A DNA stretch of 64,000 nt from Octopus sinensis (taxonomy: Eukaryota): assembly GCF_006345805.1 (NCBI RefSeq), contig NC_043004.1, forward strand, positions 19,592,001-19,656,000. The letters run 5' to 3'. The notes under the pieces are model-generated. The model ran no database searches. It saw nothing but the letters and a program-made list of their open reading frames with translations, and was not told the origin of the DNA. Shown here in pieces: positions 52,250 to 62,827 of this stretch. Position numbers and translations under genes: made by a program. Position 1 is the stretch's first letter; the number at the start of each line of letters is the position of its first letter.

Positions 52250-53310
52250 TTTAGCAAAAATATCTAGCTTCTTAACTTTGATTTGTCTGTATGTACTGGA
52301 AAATCCTAGAGTTATCGCTGCTCTATCGTTTTCTGAAACCTTTTCTGGAACATGCCTACACCATCTTTTTCTTTCTGTTAGCATTCAGTAGTACTGGCAC
52401 AACATCCAGTGTATGTAAATCCCAGTTATCCCATGCTTGTAAATTTATTCCTTCATGGAAAGAATGGACAGTCATAGACAATATGATTATTTTTTTATCC
52501 TTTTCCATCACCACATATTCTGCAGCTACGTATTGTATTCTGCTTCATTTTGTGTTTTTGGTAATTTCTCGTACCAGAGTTAAAACTCCTTCAAATTCTG
52601 CTTTGAGGCCTGCGCTTCTCAGCCAGTGATGGGATTTTACCCTGCTAATTTCTTTTCTGTTTAGCTTATTCCAGTGGTTGTCATTCCTTGCTATCGTTTT
52701 ATCATGATACTCTGATATATATTTTAGCTTAGATTGTAGCTGCTTCTCAATTTTTAGCATAGATTTTAGATGCTTTATAATTTTTGTTATTTCTTTTTTT
52801 GTTTCATAAATTATTATGGCCATTGCTTCCTTGAAAACAGAAAGCATCTTTTTGATTTGTTTATGTTTTGCAGATATTTGTATCGGTTTTCCATGATTCT
52901 GAATTAACTATTTTCGCAGTCCTATGGGGGATATTTTATAATAATTTCCTATGACCCCTACCTCCTTCAATTCGTGCTATATATATATAACTTTTCTAGG
53001 TCAAATTTTGGTGGTGTATTCTACATGCAGTCATTATATTTCTTCCCTTCCCACCTAGTCATGCTTATTCATTTAGTGTCCAGGTGAAGAATATCATAAC
53101 TGTAACATATAACTGGGACTGCTAAAGTGTTGATGTCTATTACCATATCTTTTGAATTTGGCTCTGTTTTATGTAATCACCGAGTTCACCTATGATAGCA
53201 TCTAGTTCATCTATAATATTCCCTCCTTATCTTTCTTTCTTGTGTGCGTGTTGTACAGTATCTAGTTCATTGATTCCTGAGCATTTGTATGCCATGGTTT
53301 CGGGCATTGT
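52250..53310 (-). mobile_element. Dong/R4-clade internal fragment(s)
   Basis: INTLAVPVICYSY; HWLRSAGLKAEFEG; SCRICG...NHIV.DCP knuckle. Confidence 0.75.
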
Positions 53311-53519
53311 ACTTCTTTAGATATTGGAAAATGAGAGAATGGAAGATGTGGGAGAAACTGGAAAAAGAAACAAGAATCTAGAAACGATAAAACAATCCGG
53401 AAAATACCGAAAAAGAAACACCTCGTATTGGCCGAATGCTGTCAGTTGACTCACAGGAAGTTGGATAATGGACTGTATGGGGTCTTTTAACAAAGATGAG
53501 CGCATACATGTACAGTCAA

Positions 53520-54530
53520 CTGTCTGTGAAAGTGTTTGTGTATGTGTGTGTGTGCGTGCGCGCGTATGAATATGATGTATGCGTGAGGGAAATTGAGAAG
53601 TAGTTTCTGTGTATGCATGATGCTTTGTGTGTGGGCGTTGGTGGGTATTTGTCTATGTGTCTATGTATGTGAGTGTCAGTGCATGTGTGTATGTCAGTGT
53701 GTGGACGCAAATGTGTAGGCGAGAATTAGGGTGTGTCTGTGTGAATGCGTGTTTGTGTTACCTGTGTACATGTTAGTGTGTGTTTGTGTGTTATTATGTT
53801 TAGTTTATGTACGACTCTATGTGTGTGAATGTGGACGTATTGTCGGCCATGTTGTATAGCGAGAGGGTTCGTGTGTTTGTGTAATGGTTGGTCCTTGTCT
53901 AATGGAAGTTAACTGGCTGTGTAATAAGTGATACATAAGAACGTTTAGTGTGTATGTGTGCACTTATTTTGTGCCTGTGTATTTGTGTGCGAATGTGTGT
54001 ACATTTGCAATTGTTGTGTGTGCGTATGTGTGACTGAATGTCCTTGTGTGTTTCTATATGGCTGATATACGTACAGGCCTGCTGTGTGTGTGTATGCATA
54101 ATGAATCAGAAATATCTTTCATAAAGTTATGTGAGTGTGTGTGTGTGTAGGCGTATTTGATACGGAAAAAGGTATGTTGTAAGTAGTCAAGGTATATTTG
54201 TACATATGTGTATGTGTGTGTGTCTACACGCTGCGTGCGTATATATTTGTGCATCTGATATGGATATGTGAAAATGTGCATAAGTATAGCATTAGTGTGT
54301 GTGTGTGTATGCATGCGCGCTGTAGTCAGTGTGTATGTGTATGAGGCGTATGGAAGGGAGCGTTAAAATACGTATGTAGGATTTTGTTAGGCATGTGGGT
54401 CATGGAATGAATGGCGTATATGTGTGCATATGTGTATTTGTGCGGTGTTTTTCCGTATGAACGTGTACAGAGAATGTGTGTGAAGTGTATGCGCAGTGTG
54501 TGTTAGGTGGATATGTGTTAGAGTTCGATG
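53520..54530. repeat. ~1 kb degenerate (TG)n-derived cryptic simple sequence
   Basis: Alternating purine/pyrimidine, TG-rich decay throughout. Confidence 0.8.
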
Positions 54531-54834
54531 GATGATTAACTGGAACTGAAAGTAGTGTGGGTTTCGAAGGAAAAAAATGCAATGTTGTTCTCTTCGAAGC
54601 CTGGTAAAGCTAAACACATAAGATATTGAGTCGAATTGTCCGCGGGGCGGATGTGGTGAGAGATCGAGGTCAGGTTTCCAAGCCGCATTTCGTGAATTTG
54701 TTCTGTGGATCGGCCCGCAAAAACAGCAACCAGTTCAACCCACACATGCCCGCGCACACACGCTCGCATACACAGTGTCACACATGTATACGTATGTATA
54801 TAATACGTACATGTAAATATATATATATATATGT

Positions 54835-54958
<124 letters not shown>

Positions 54959-56499
54959 GTATGTATGTATGTATATGTGTGTGTGTGTGTGCGCGCACCG
55001 TGTGTATTATTCTTCCAAGTAATCTTTTCTCATGCTTTTACGTTTAGATTCACTTTAAAGTTAGACAGAATTTAAGTTCATCTCAGTGAAACCAATCAAA
55101 TCGACTAGTAAACTAGCAACAAGGCATGTGAACTTTTAGAGTACATAGTGACAGCTGCCATTATATCCAGCAGCAGATTTAGATAATCCGTTCCTCCTTT
55201 TGATTTTCATTCTTATAATCGACATTTTAACTATTCTTAACAGTAGAAAAGTTCTTCAAAATCTCTTTTCGTTAATCTAACTGACATACCATTTGTATAG
55301 ATTTATTGCGGTTCAAATATATACCATCATGTAAATGGCATGACCAAGAAAAGGAAAGTATATTCACTACTAAACCTCTTTTAATCATTAACGATTTCAG
55401 GAGAAGATGTAAGCATAATAAATATATTTTCCCTGTTTGTTTTACTTTCTCTGATAGCAAAAATCACAAATGTTTCTATAGAACTTTTGTTTTTTTCCTT
55501 TTTCTAATTTTGTATAGTGTTTTGATAATCAAACATAGTAATATAAATAAACCGCTTTTCGAAAAGCGTTTTTGAGAATATATCACAAAAGAAAAGCGAT
55601 TTTTTCAAATGTCATTTTTATATGGTAAATTCTGGAAATCTATTTCGGAGATGTAAGTGCAAATATTCCAAGACATGCTGGTTTATGGCTGAGATCCAAA
55701 TTACAGGTAACCTTTGAACTTTCTCTGAAACGAGACGCCAAAACGCAGCTGCGTTGAATGTCGTGGGTGGCAGACGCAAACCGAAATGAAAACCGAAATG
55801 AAGGTTTTAAGGTATAAAAATCAACTTGAACCGCGTTCCTAGAATTCGTTATCTGGACGCTGAGTTTGACGTATTGCATTGTAATTTGCTGGTTATATTA
55901 AATTTTGATTGAATTGTTAAATTTGCTCTTCCATTTGTTGTGTGAATGAAAACAAAACACATTGTTTTACTGCATTTGGCAGAATTTTGAACATTGAAGG
56001 GGAAAATTATCATTGTTTTTGTGGGGTGCTTACACCAAAAGTATTATTTGAAAAATGAGTAGTTTCTCTGGCAAGGACACTACTACTGAACCAATTCTGA
56101 ACATGCCTACCGGAAAACAAATCCTAAAAGAAACAGAAATCGAACCGGGAAATAACAAAGCGACACATTTTGCAGCGGCAACTAGTGTGAAGAGGAAAGA
56201 CCTGAATGTAGACCAAAAGGAACTAATCAAGTATAAAGGACTAATTCAAAGAGGAAGGCACGAGGTGAAAGTGACCAGTCCCAGTGAAGTGACGTACAAC
56301 GCGTCCCGTTGTACTGTTTATTAAAACGTTTATTAAAATTGTTTATTAAAACGTTTATTATGAAAAGCAAGAAATTGGATATGGCTTCGAAAAAAGCCGT
56401 GGAGATATGCCTATTGGCAAGAAATCTTGAAATGGAACCGAACAATGACATACATACATACATACATACATACATACATACATGTATATATACATACAT

Positions 56500-56815
56500 A
56501 CGTAAATACATTGGGTCGCAATCTAGGAACAGGAAACATCAACGAAAAACCAATTGCACAAGAGGGATAGAGATGCAGGAAATGCAGTAACATGAGACAA
56601 CCAATGCATACTTTGTGGAGTCAGCACCAAAGATATCACTCACATCAGTTGTCCGAAAATGTCAGCACAGTATTATTTACCGATGATATATGATGTTGTA
56701 GCTGGGACACTCCATAATTAAATTCGTCGGAAAGGTAACTCACAGGACAAAGAAATAAGAACCCACAGCATGGCAGAAGCCATAGCCACTCAAAAAAGAG
56801 TACTGACGGACCGTT
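56500..56815 (+). mobile_element. Dong/R4-like fragment
   Basis: Homologous to part of the adjacent minus copy (gatatc..cacat..cagttgtccgaaaat...ttatttaccgatga...aagaaataagaacccacagcatg). Confidence 0.65.
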
Positions 56816-56819
56816 TATT

Positions 56820-57625
56820 ACTGTGATGGTTTGGATCTGTAGTCTTCGAATTAGCTTTCTCCTTTCTAGTTTTGAGAAGACTAATTTCTCAAAATTGTTT
56901 TTTTTTGTTTTTATGAAGTGTATTACGTATCCAAGGGCCCTAATAATTATAGGTATAAACCTGAACTTGTAATCTGGATAGAATAACGTCAGATTTCACA
57001 ATTCGTTCAGCATAGGTATTCTCTCTTTCACTGATCTTCAGCTTTATGTTAGCATCCATTGGGCAGCTGATTTACATGACTGCACACAGTTTCTTTTCTC
57101 TATCCCAAATCATTATATCAAGTTTATTGTGTTTACATTTTATCCAGGATTTCATTGGGACATTCTACAAGTACTCCGTTTTATTATGAGTGGCTTTGGC
57201 TTCTATCATACTTTGGGTTCTTATATCTTTCTCTTCGCGGATAAACTTCCGACTGATCTTATACAGTATCCTAGCTGAAACATCGTATCTCATCGGTAGA
57301 TAATTCCGTGATGATATTTTCGGACAACTGCTTATTATGTGGGGGATATCTTCGGTGTTAACTCCATAAAGTCTGCAACGTTTGTCACGTTTTACTGAGC
57401 CATTGTTTTATTGAATGCAGAGAGTTCTGAGGTCCAAAGTTTTTTTGATTTGGCTGTAATATTCTTCAGTTACATGTGTTTTGTTACAGGTGCCACTGTA
57501 AGATATATTTTTCTCCACTCCTAGACACCTGTAGCATTCCTCGTCAGATACAGGGCAAACAGTCAAATCATTGATTGAGACGTTACTAGCCTAGTTTATT
57601 GTTTCCCCCCTTTTTCACAGCCATA
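56820..57625 (-). mobile_element. Dong/R4-like 3' fragment
   Basis: DKRCRLYGVNTEDIPHIISSCPK...KHNKLDIMIWDREKK...ISCPMD...FIPIIIRALGY. Confidence 0.8.
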
Positions 57626-57754
57626 TACTAATATGACCAAACTCCAATTCTAAATCCTTTGAGAATATTGTAGCTAATATTGTAACTAGGTCAAGACTCT
57701 CTTTGAAAATGTTGTAACTAAGTCATATGTATGAATGTATGTATGTATGCATGC

Positions 57755-57804
<50 letters not shown>

Positions 57805-57806
<2 letters not shown>

Positions 57807-58216
57807 CAATAATAAATCTCTGAACGAGATGTAAGCAGTAACCGCTCGACAACGTAAAGTATACTAACCATCTCAATATGGCTAACCACTAAGGGTGGGT
57901 GCTACTGAAGCTTTTAGCCCCAGGAGATCATCGTCTCCAGCTGGCTTTAGACACACTTTCTGTGCCCTTATGATATTCGCAAAGGGAGGTCATCCCCTCT
58001 CGTAAGCCTAAGTGATACGCACAGGGGATGACCTCCCTTTGCGAATATCATAAGGGCACAGAAAGTGTGTCTAAAGCCAGCTGGAGATGATGATCTCCTG
58101 GGGCTAAAAGCTTCAGTAGCACCCACCCTTAGTGGTTAGCCATATTGAGATGTCTAGTATACTTTACGTTGTCGAACGGTTACTGTTTACATCGCGTTCA
58201 GAGATTTATTATTGCT
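57805..58216. repeat. Inverted repeat with 194-bp arms and 24-nt spacer
   Basis: 57805-57998 is the reverse complement of 58023-58216 with a handful of mismatches. Confidence 0.97.
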
Positions 58217-58513
58217 TTCAGACAGTTTTTCGAAATCAGTGACAGTGGTTGCTGGGAAAAACATTAAATAGATATTCGCAAACAGGTCTCCCCTCATCGA
58301 AAACCGGTAATTACCGTACGATGACGAGAGGCAAAAACCTCGAAACTATAGTCCGTGCGTATCACTTAGGTTTACGAGAGGGGATGACCTCTTTTTGCGA
58401 ATACCATAAGGGCACAGAAAGTGTGTTTAAAGCCAGCTGGATCGATGATCTCCTGGGGCTTCAGTAACACCCACCCTTAGTGGTTAGCCATATTGAGATG
58501 GGTAGTATACTTT
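58023..58513 (+). mobile_element. Tandem ~356-nt hammerhead-containing unit (about 1.4 copies); retrozyme- or Penelope-LTR-like
   Basis: 58379-58513 repeats 58023-58163 at high identity; the hammerhead lies at the unit junction. Confidence 0.7.
58315..58359 (+). ncRNA. Type I hammerhead ribozyme motif (C3>A variant)
   Basis: cgtacg (stem I) ATGACGA gagg-caaaaa-cctc GAAA, palindromic stem III actatagt, GUC triplet (58351-58353), cgtgcg (6-bp stem I with one G.U). Confidence 0.78.
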
Positions 58514-58572
58514 TAGCTTCTGCACGCATTTTTTCTCTCTCCTTGTTTCTCTCCGTGTTTCTTTTCTGTGTA

Positions 58573-58610
58573 TCTTTCTGTTGAAGAGCGTAGGCTCGAA
58601 ACGTAAAAGA
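58573..58610 (+). ncRNA. Minimal hammerhead-like motif with variant core
   Basis: tcttt CTGTTGA a gagc-gtag-gctc GAAA, acgt palindrome, GUA triplet, aaaga (5-bp stem I). Confidence 0.55.
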
Positions 58611-58749
58611 CTTGTTTTATTTATATTCCTGAGCGTCATACTAATACAATTATTTGTTTATATTCCACCTGCCTTCGTCTTTTGTTTATTTTCATAAAGC
58701 TTCCCGTTATATATATATAAATATATATATATAAATAAACATAATAAAC

Positions 58750-58804
<55 letters not shown>

Positions 58805-58846
58805 CATATATATATACATATATACATATATATATATATTATATAT

Positions 58847-58900
<54 letters not shown>

Positions 58901-59405
58901 TCCCGTATCCTTATATTCTTTTACATTTTTTATTATTTTATTCCTATTTTTAATTTTATTTTTATTTCTATTTTTACTTTTATTTCTATTTCTATTTTTA
59001 CTTTATAACTTTATACCTTTATATTCATTTATATTTTTTTAATATTCTTTATATCCCCTTTATATCTCCTTATATCTCTTTATATCTTTATACTCTACCC
59101 TTTTATATTTTTCTATACTTACACTTTTTATATATTTTTTATCATTCGTCCTGAATTCTCGCCCCTCCATCTTTACCCCTATTTACTCTTATTACCAGGT
59201 CCCTTCACGTCTATATATGTATTTATTTATTAATTTATTTACATTACTTCAACATCCAAATTTCCTCATTCTACATTGAGAGAAGAACGAGATGGACGCT
59301 TCAATTCTATGCTGTTGCCGCATTATGTCGTACGCGAATGAGAGGATTTGCATCCCCAACCAAGAATTTTTGATGTAACACATGTCCTTGTGGAAGTTGT
59401 TGTGC

Positions 59406-59483
59406 GCGGCTGAAGAAGGCCACAGACATACATTATGCATTGTTATAAATCTGTCTAATAAAGGCCCGAAACATATGTACCGC
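59406..59483 (+). ncRNA. Type I hammerhead motif with extended stem II
   Basis: gcgg CTGAAGA a ggcc...ggcc c GAAA, palindrome acatatgt, GUA triplet (59477-59479), ccgc; inner acaga/tctgt pairing. Confidence 0.65.
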
Positions 59484-59587
59484 TGAATCCTTGGCATCAT
59501 GTTTTTATTTTGAACAATTTACTCCACCACCTACACCACCAAACGGTATATACAGGTGCTTACAATTATCAAGTACTCACCCCGAAT

Positions 59588-59635
<48 letters not shown>

Positions 59636-59640
<5 letters not shown>

Positions 59641-59812
59641 AACCTTTGAAGTGTACAATTGGCATATTATTTACTTATACATACAAACAAACAAACAAAA
59701 ATACAGCGTTGTTGATGTTGAAATTCCAATGAAGGAACCTTGGACTTAAGTCAGAAACCGGCTCTTTCTCTACTGGTAAGAAATCTTCAAATAAACCCGA
59801 GCAATCACCTAC

Positions 59813-59814
<2 letters not shown>
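59636..59814 (+). repeat. ~179-bp repeat, inverted partner of 62014-62192
   Basis: Near-identical reverse complement; (TA)n on both sides. Confidence 0.95.
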
Positions 59815-59875
<61 letters not shown>

Positions 59876-59876
<1 letters not shown>

Positions 59877-60024
59877 ACGTAAATTATACTAGCCATCTCA
59901 ATATGGCTAACCACTAAGGGTGGGTGTTACTGAAAAATGTATCTCCAAACCTTCCTATTAACATTTTTCAGTAACACCTACCCTTAGTGGTTAGCCATAT
60001 TGAGATGGCTAGTATAATTTACGT

Positions 60025-60025
<1 letters not shown>
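59876..60025. repeat. Inverted repeat with 65-bp arms and 20-nt spacer
   Basis: 59876-59940 versus 59961-60025; arms share ccatctcaatatggctaaccactaagggtgggt with the 57805-58513 family. Confidence 0.95.
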
Positions 60026-60055
<30 letters not shown>

Positions 60056-60573
60056 TTATAATAGGATTAGCTCGTATACGAGTAGGTATATATTTGTAAA
60101 AAATGAAGTTCGAAAATGCTGCTGTATTATACAATTTTTAATTTTTATATATACATTATAACATGTTTCAGTTCCTGAAATGAACCTTATCAAAAAAAGT
60201 TATATATAAAAAGAGACAGCTCATGCCGTCAAACACAAGAAATTCATTTATAATACACAACGGAGTCAGACATCTTAGAGTTCATGCATAGTTGATATAT
60301 AGTTCATGTATAGTTGATATATAGTTTGAAGTATATGTTCAAAGTGTTCGATGCAGTGGCCTACGGTGGCGATACGTATTCAATACAAAAAACAGATCAA
60401 AGTGGTGGAAAGCGGTCAATACAGAAGATTGATGTTTCCGAAAGAGCGAGGAATTCATTTTTACCTTAAGCAATTGTGATGACCCATGGTGGAAGTTCGC
60501 TGGGTGGTTCTAGTGATTTTTTGTGAAATGCTTGGTTTTATAATGCCTGTTAGGTGGTCAATCTAGCGTAGCG

Positions 60574-60907
60574 TGACGTCATCAATGTTTTGACCAATCG
60601 TTTCGTTAGGTGGCTTTAATCAAGTGAAACGGGACGTCATCATTATTTTGACCAATCGCTGCATTATAACTCCCTCTTGTTTGTTTCCTGTCTTGACCAG
60701 TCGCTTCGTTAGTCAAGCATAGCGGGATGTCATCCAGATTCTGCCCAATCACGACTTATAGCTACATTAGATCTGCCCCCTGTCTGTACTTCTTAGGTGA
60801 CTATTCAAGCAGAAAAGGACGTCATCAATATTCTGACTAATGACTGTCCCCTGTTTGTATCCTGTCCATTCTAGCAGAGCTAGACGTCATCAACTTGTTG
60901 ACCAATC
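60574..60907. promoter_or_regulatory. Array of five GACGTCATC-N7-TGACCAATC composite (CRE-like + CCAAT) motifs
   Basis: Copies start at 60575, 60633, 60726, 60818 and 60883 with invariant 7-nt spacing; two carry substitutions. Function is inferred. Confidence 0.55.
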
Positions 60908-61076
60908 AGAATCGGGTCTGACCCTTAGCTGTATCGTATGTATCAGGGTCAGATTTGCACGAAAGAATTTTTTTCCCCTTTTTTACTAAGGCATATTTCC
61001 GTCAGAGTGAGTGTCTGTTTGAAGTAGCGGCCGTGGTGAAATTTGGTTCTCCTTTTCGGAGAACTTATCTTTTGTT

Positions 61077-61925
61077 TTAGTATTCCTGGCCCAGGGTGTT
61101 TAAACTTGGTCTAAATTTTTTTATGAAATATAGTTCTTTATTTTGGCGTTGTGTGAAGGTTGCGTTGTCACTGAATTTATAGAGCGGGTTAGTTGTAAAT
61201 TTCGGATTAACATTTCCAGCACATCTATCTATGTGTCCGCTGACCGGTATTTTGCGGTAATCAGGGTTTCTAATTTGTGATTTATGCACCGCCATCCTGT
61301 TACGTAAGCTATTTTTTGTATGGCCTATATACTGCCTATTGCAGCCTGCGCATGTTATGACGTAAATTAAGTTTTCTGATGCGCAGGTGAAGTTTGTTCT
61401 AATGGTGTACTGGTGGCCTTGTTCCAGTATAAATTCTGATCCTTCTTTCAAGATGACACAGATTCCGCAGTTGGGCCTTCCACATTTTCTAACTGCTGGT
61501 TTTGTGGTTGATGTTGAGTGCAGTGTAGCTTGGGTTAAAATCCTTTTCAAGGATTTTGGTTGCCGTTTACTTTTAATGATGGTGTGTGTTTCGAGGATCC
61601 GGTTCATCTTTGGGTCTCCCTTTAGTAGGGCTGTGCTTTGTAGTATGGTGTTGAAGGCCTCATTGTTGAGTGGGTTGTATGTAGAGATGTAGGGAAGGGT
61701 TTTTAATTGTTCTTTCTTTTTTGGTTTTGTTTGTCTCAGGTCTTCTATACTTAATTTAAGTACCCGTTGGATTGCACTGTCTATTAGGGGCTGTGGATAG
61801 TTTCTATTTGTGAGTGTGGTTCTAAGTTCCTGGAGACGTGTGTGTCGGGTGTTTGTGTCTGATATTATGGTGCAAATCCTTCTAGCTAAACAAAAAGGGA
61901 CATTCATTCTAGTGTGTCGTGGGTG
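61077..61925 (-). CDS. Penelope-like RT C-terminus and GIY-YIG endonuclease (partial, frame uninterrupted)
   Basis: CHPRH..NVPFCLARRIC, RNYP, LPYISTYNP, SKRQPKSL, CGRPNCGIC, NLIYVITCAGCNRQYIGHT...R...H, ending ELYFIKKFRPSLN. The N-terminal MYICIY residues of the track ORF are microsatellite read-through. Confidence 0.85.
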   Translation of the reverse strand, partial: HPRHTRMNVPFCLARRICTIISDTNTRHTRLQELRTTLTNRNYPQPLIDSAIQRVLKLSIEDLRQTKPKKKEQLKTLPYISTYNPLNNEAFNTILQSTALLKGDPKMNRILETHTIIKSKRQPKSLKRILTQATLHSTSTTKPAVRKCGRPNCGICVILKEGSEFILEQGHQYTIRTNFTCASENLIYVITCAGCNRQYIGHTKNSLRNRMAVHKSQIRNPDYRKIPVSGHIDRCAGNVNPKFTTNPLYKFSDNATFTQRQNKELYFIKKFRPSLNTLGQEY

Positions 61926-61956
61926 GCATAGAATATATATATATATATATACATAT

Positions 61957-62013
<57 letters not shown>

Positions 62014-62192
62014 ATGTAGGTGATTGCCCGGGTTTATTTGAAGATTTCTTGCCAGTAGAGAAAGAGCCGGTTTCTGACTTAAGTCCAAGGTTCCTTCACT
62101 GGAATTTCAACATCAACAACGCTGTATTTTTGTTTGTTTGTTTGTATGTATAAGTAAATAATATGCCAATTGTACACTTCAAAGGTTTATAT
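62014..62192 (-). repeat. ~179-bp repeat, inverted partner of 59636-59814
   Basis: Reverse-complement match. Confidence 0.95.
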
Positions 62193-62375
62193 GTCAAAGG
62201 TTTTTATGCACTCGATGTTTTATAAATAGATTATTTTCAACGAGAAGGGAGCTAGGGGAAACAGTTGCAAACAAGTTGGTATTGCTGCATCCTCTGACAA
62301 TCTGCTGCAGAAGCTGAAGAAATGTTTGACTTGATATTAGTCAAATGAATGCAAAAGAATGTATTTATATTTATA

Positions 62376-62827
62376 GGTGCAGGAGTGGCTGTGTGGTAAG
62401 TAGCTTAATTACCAACCTCATGGTTCCGGGTTCAGTCCCACTGCGTGGCACCTTGGGCAAGTGTCTTCTACTATAGCCTCGGGCCGACCAAAGCCTTGTG
62501 GGTGGATTTGGTAGACGGAAACTAGAAGAAGCCCGTCGTGTATATTTATATATATATATATATATACACGACGGGCGTCTTATATATATGTATGTATGTG
62601 TGTGTGTGTGTTTGTGTGTCTGTGTTTGTCTCCCTAGCATTGCTTGACAACCGATGCTGGTGTGTTTATGTCCCCGTCACTTAGCGGTTCGGCAAATGAA
62701 ACCGATATAATAAGTACTGGGCTTACAAAGAATAAGTCCCGGGGTCGAGTTGCTCGATTAAAGGTGGTGCTCCAGCATGGCCGCAGTCAAATGGCTGAAA
62801 CAAGTAAAAGAGTAAAAGAGTGAAGAG
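62376..62827 (+). mobile_element. SINE family A, complete
   Basis: All modules present; small fold-back in the internal TA tract. Confidence 0.92.

Larger units (their letters stand above)
60060..61925 (-). mobile_element. Penelope-like element, 5'-truncated (RT thumb, GIY-YIG endonuclease, 3' LTR-like region)
   Basis: ORF 61077..61970; ~1 kb downstream non-coding region; both ends abut (TA)n. Confidence 0.9.

Noticed and set aside
56055-56324. 89-aa ORF of ordinary composition
   Set aside because: No recognisable domain or splice signals; it may be a LINE ORF1 start but I cannot support that.
59715-59770. gaaaccgg palindrome-like element in the 179-bp inverted repeat suggesting a hammerhead
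   Set aside because: No CUGANGA (ccaatga/ccagtga instead) and no stem I.
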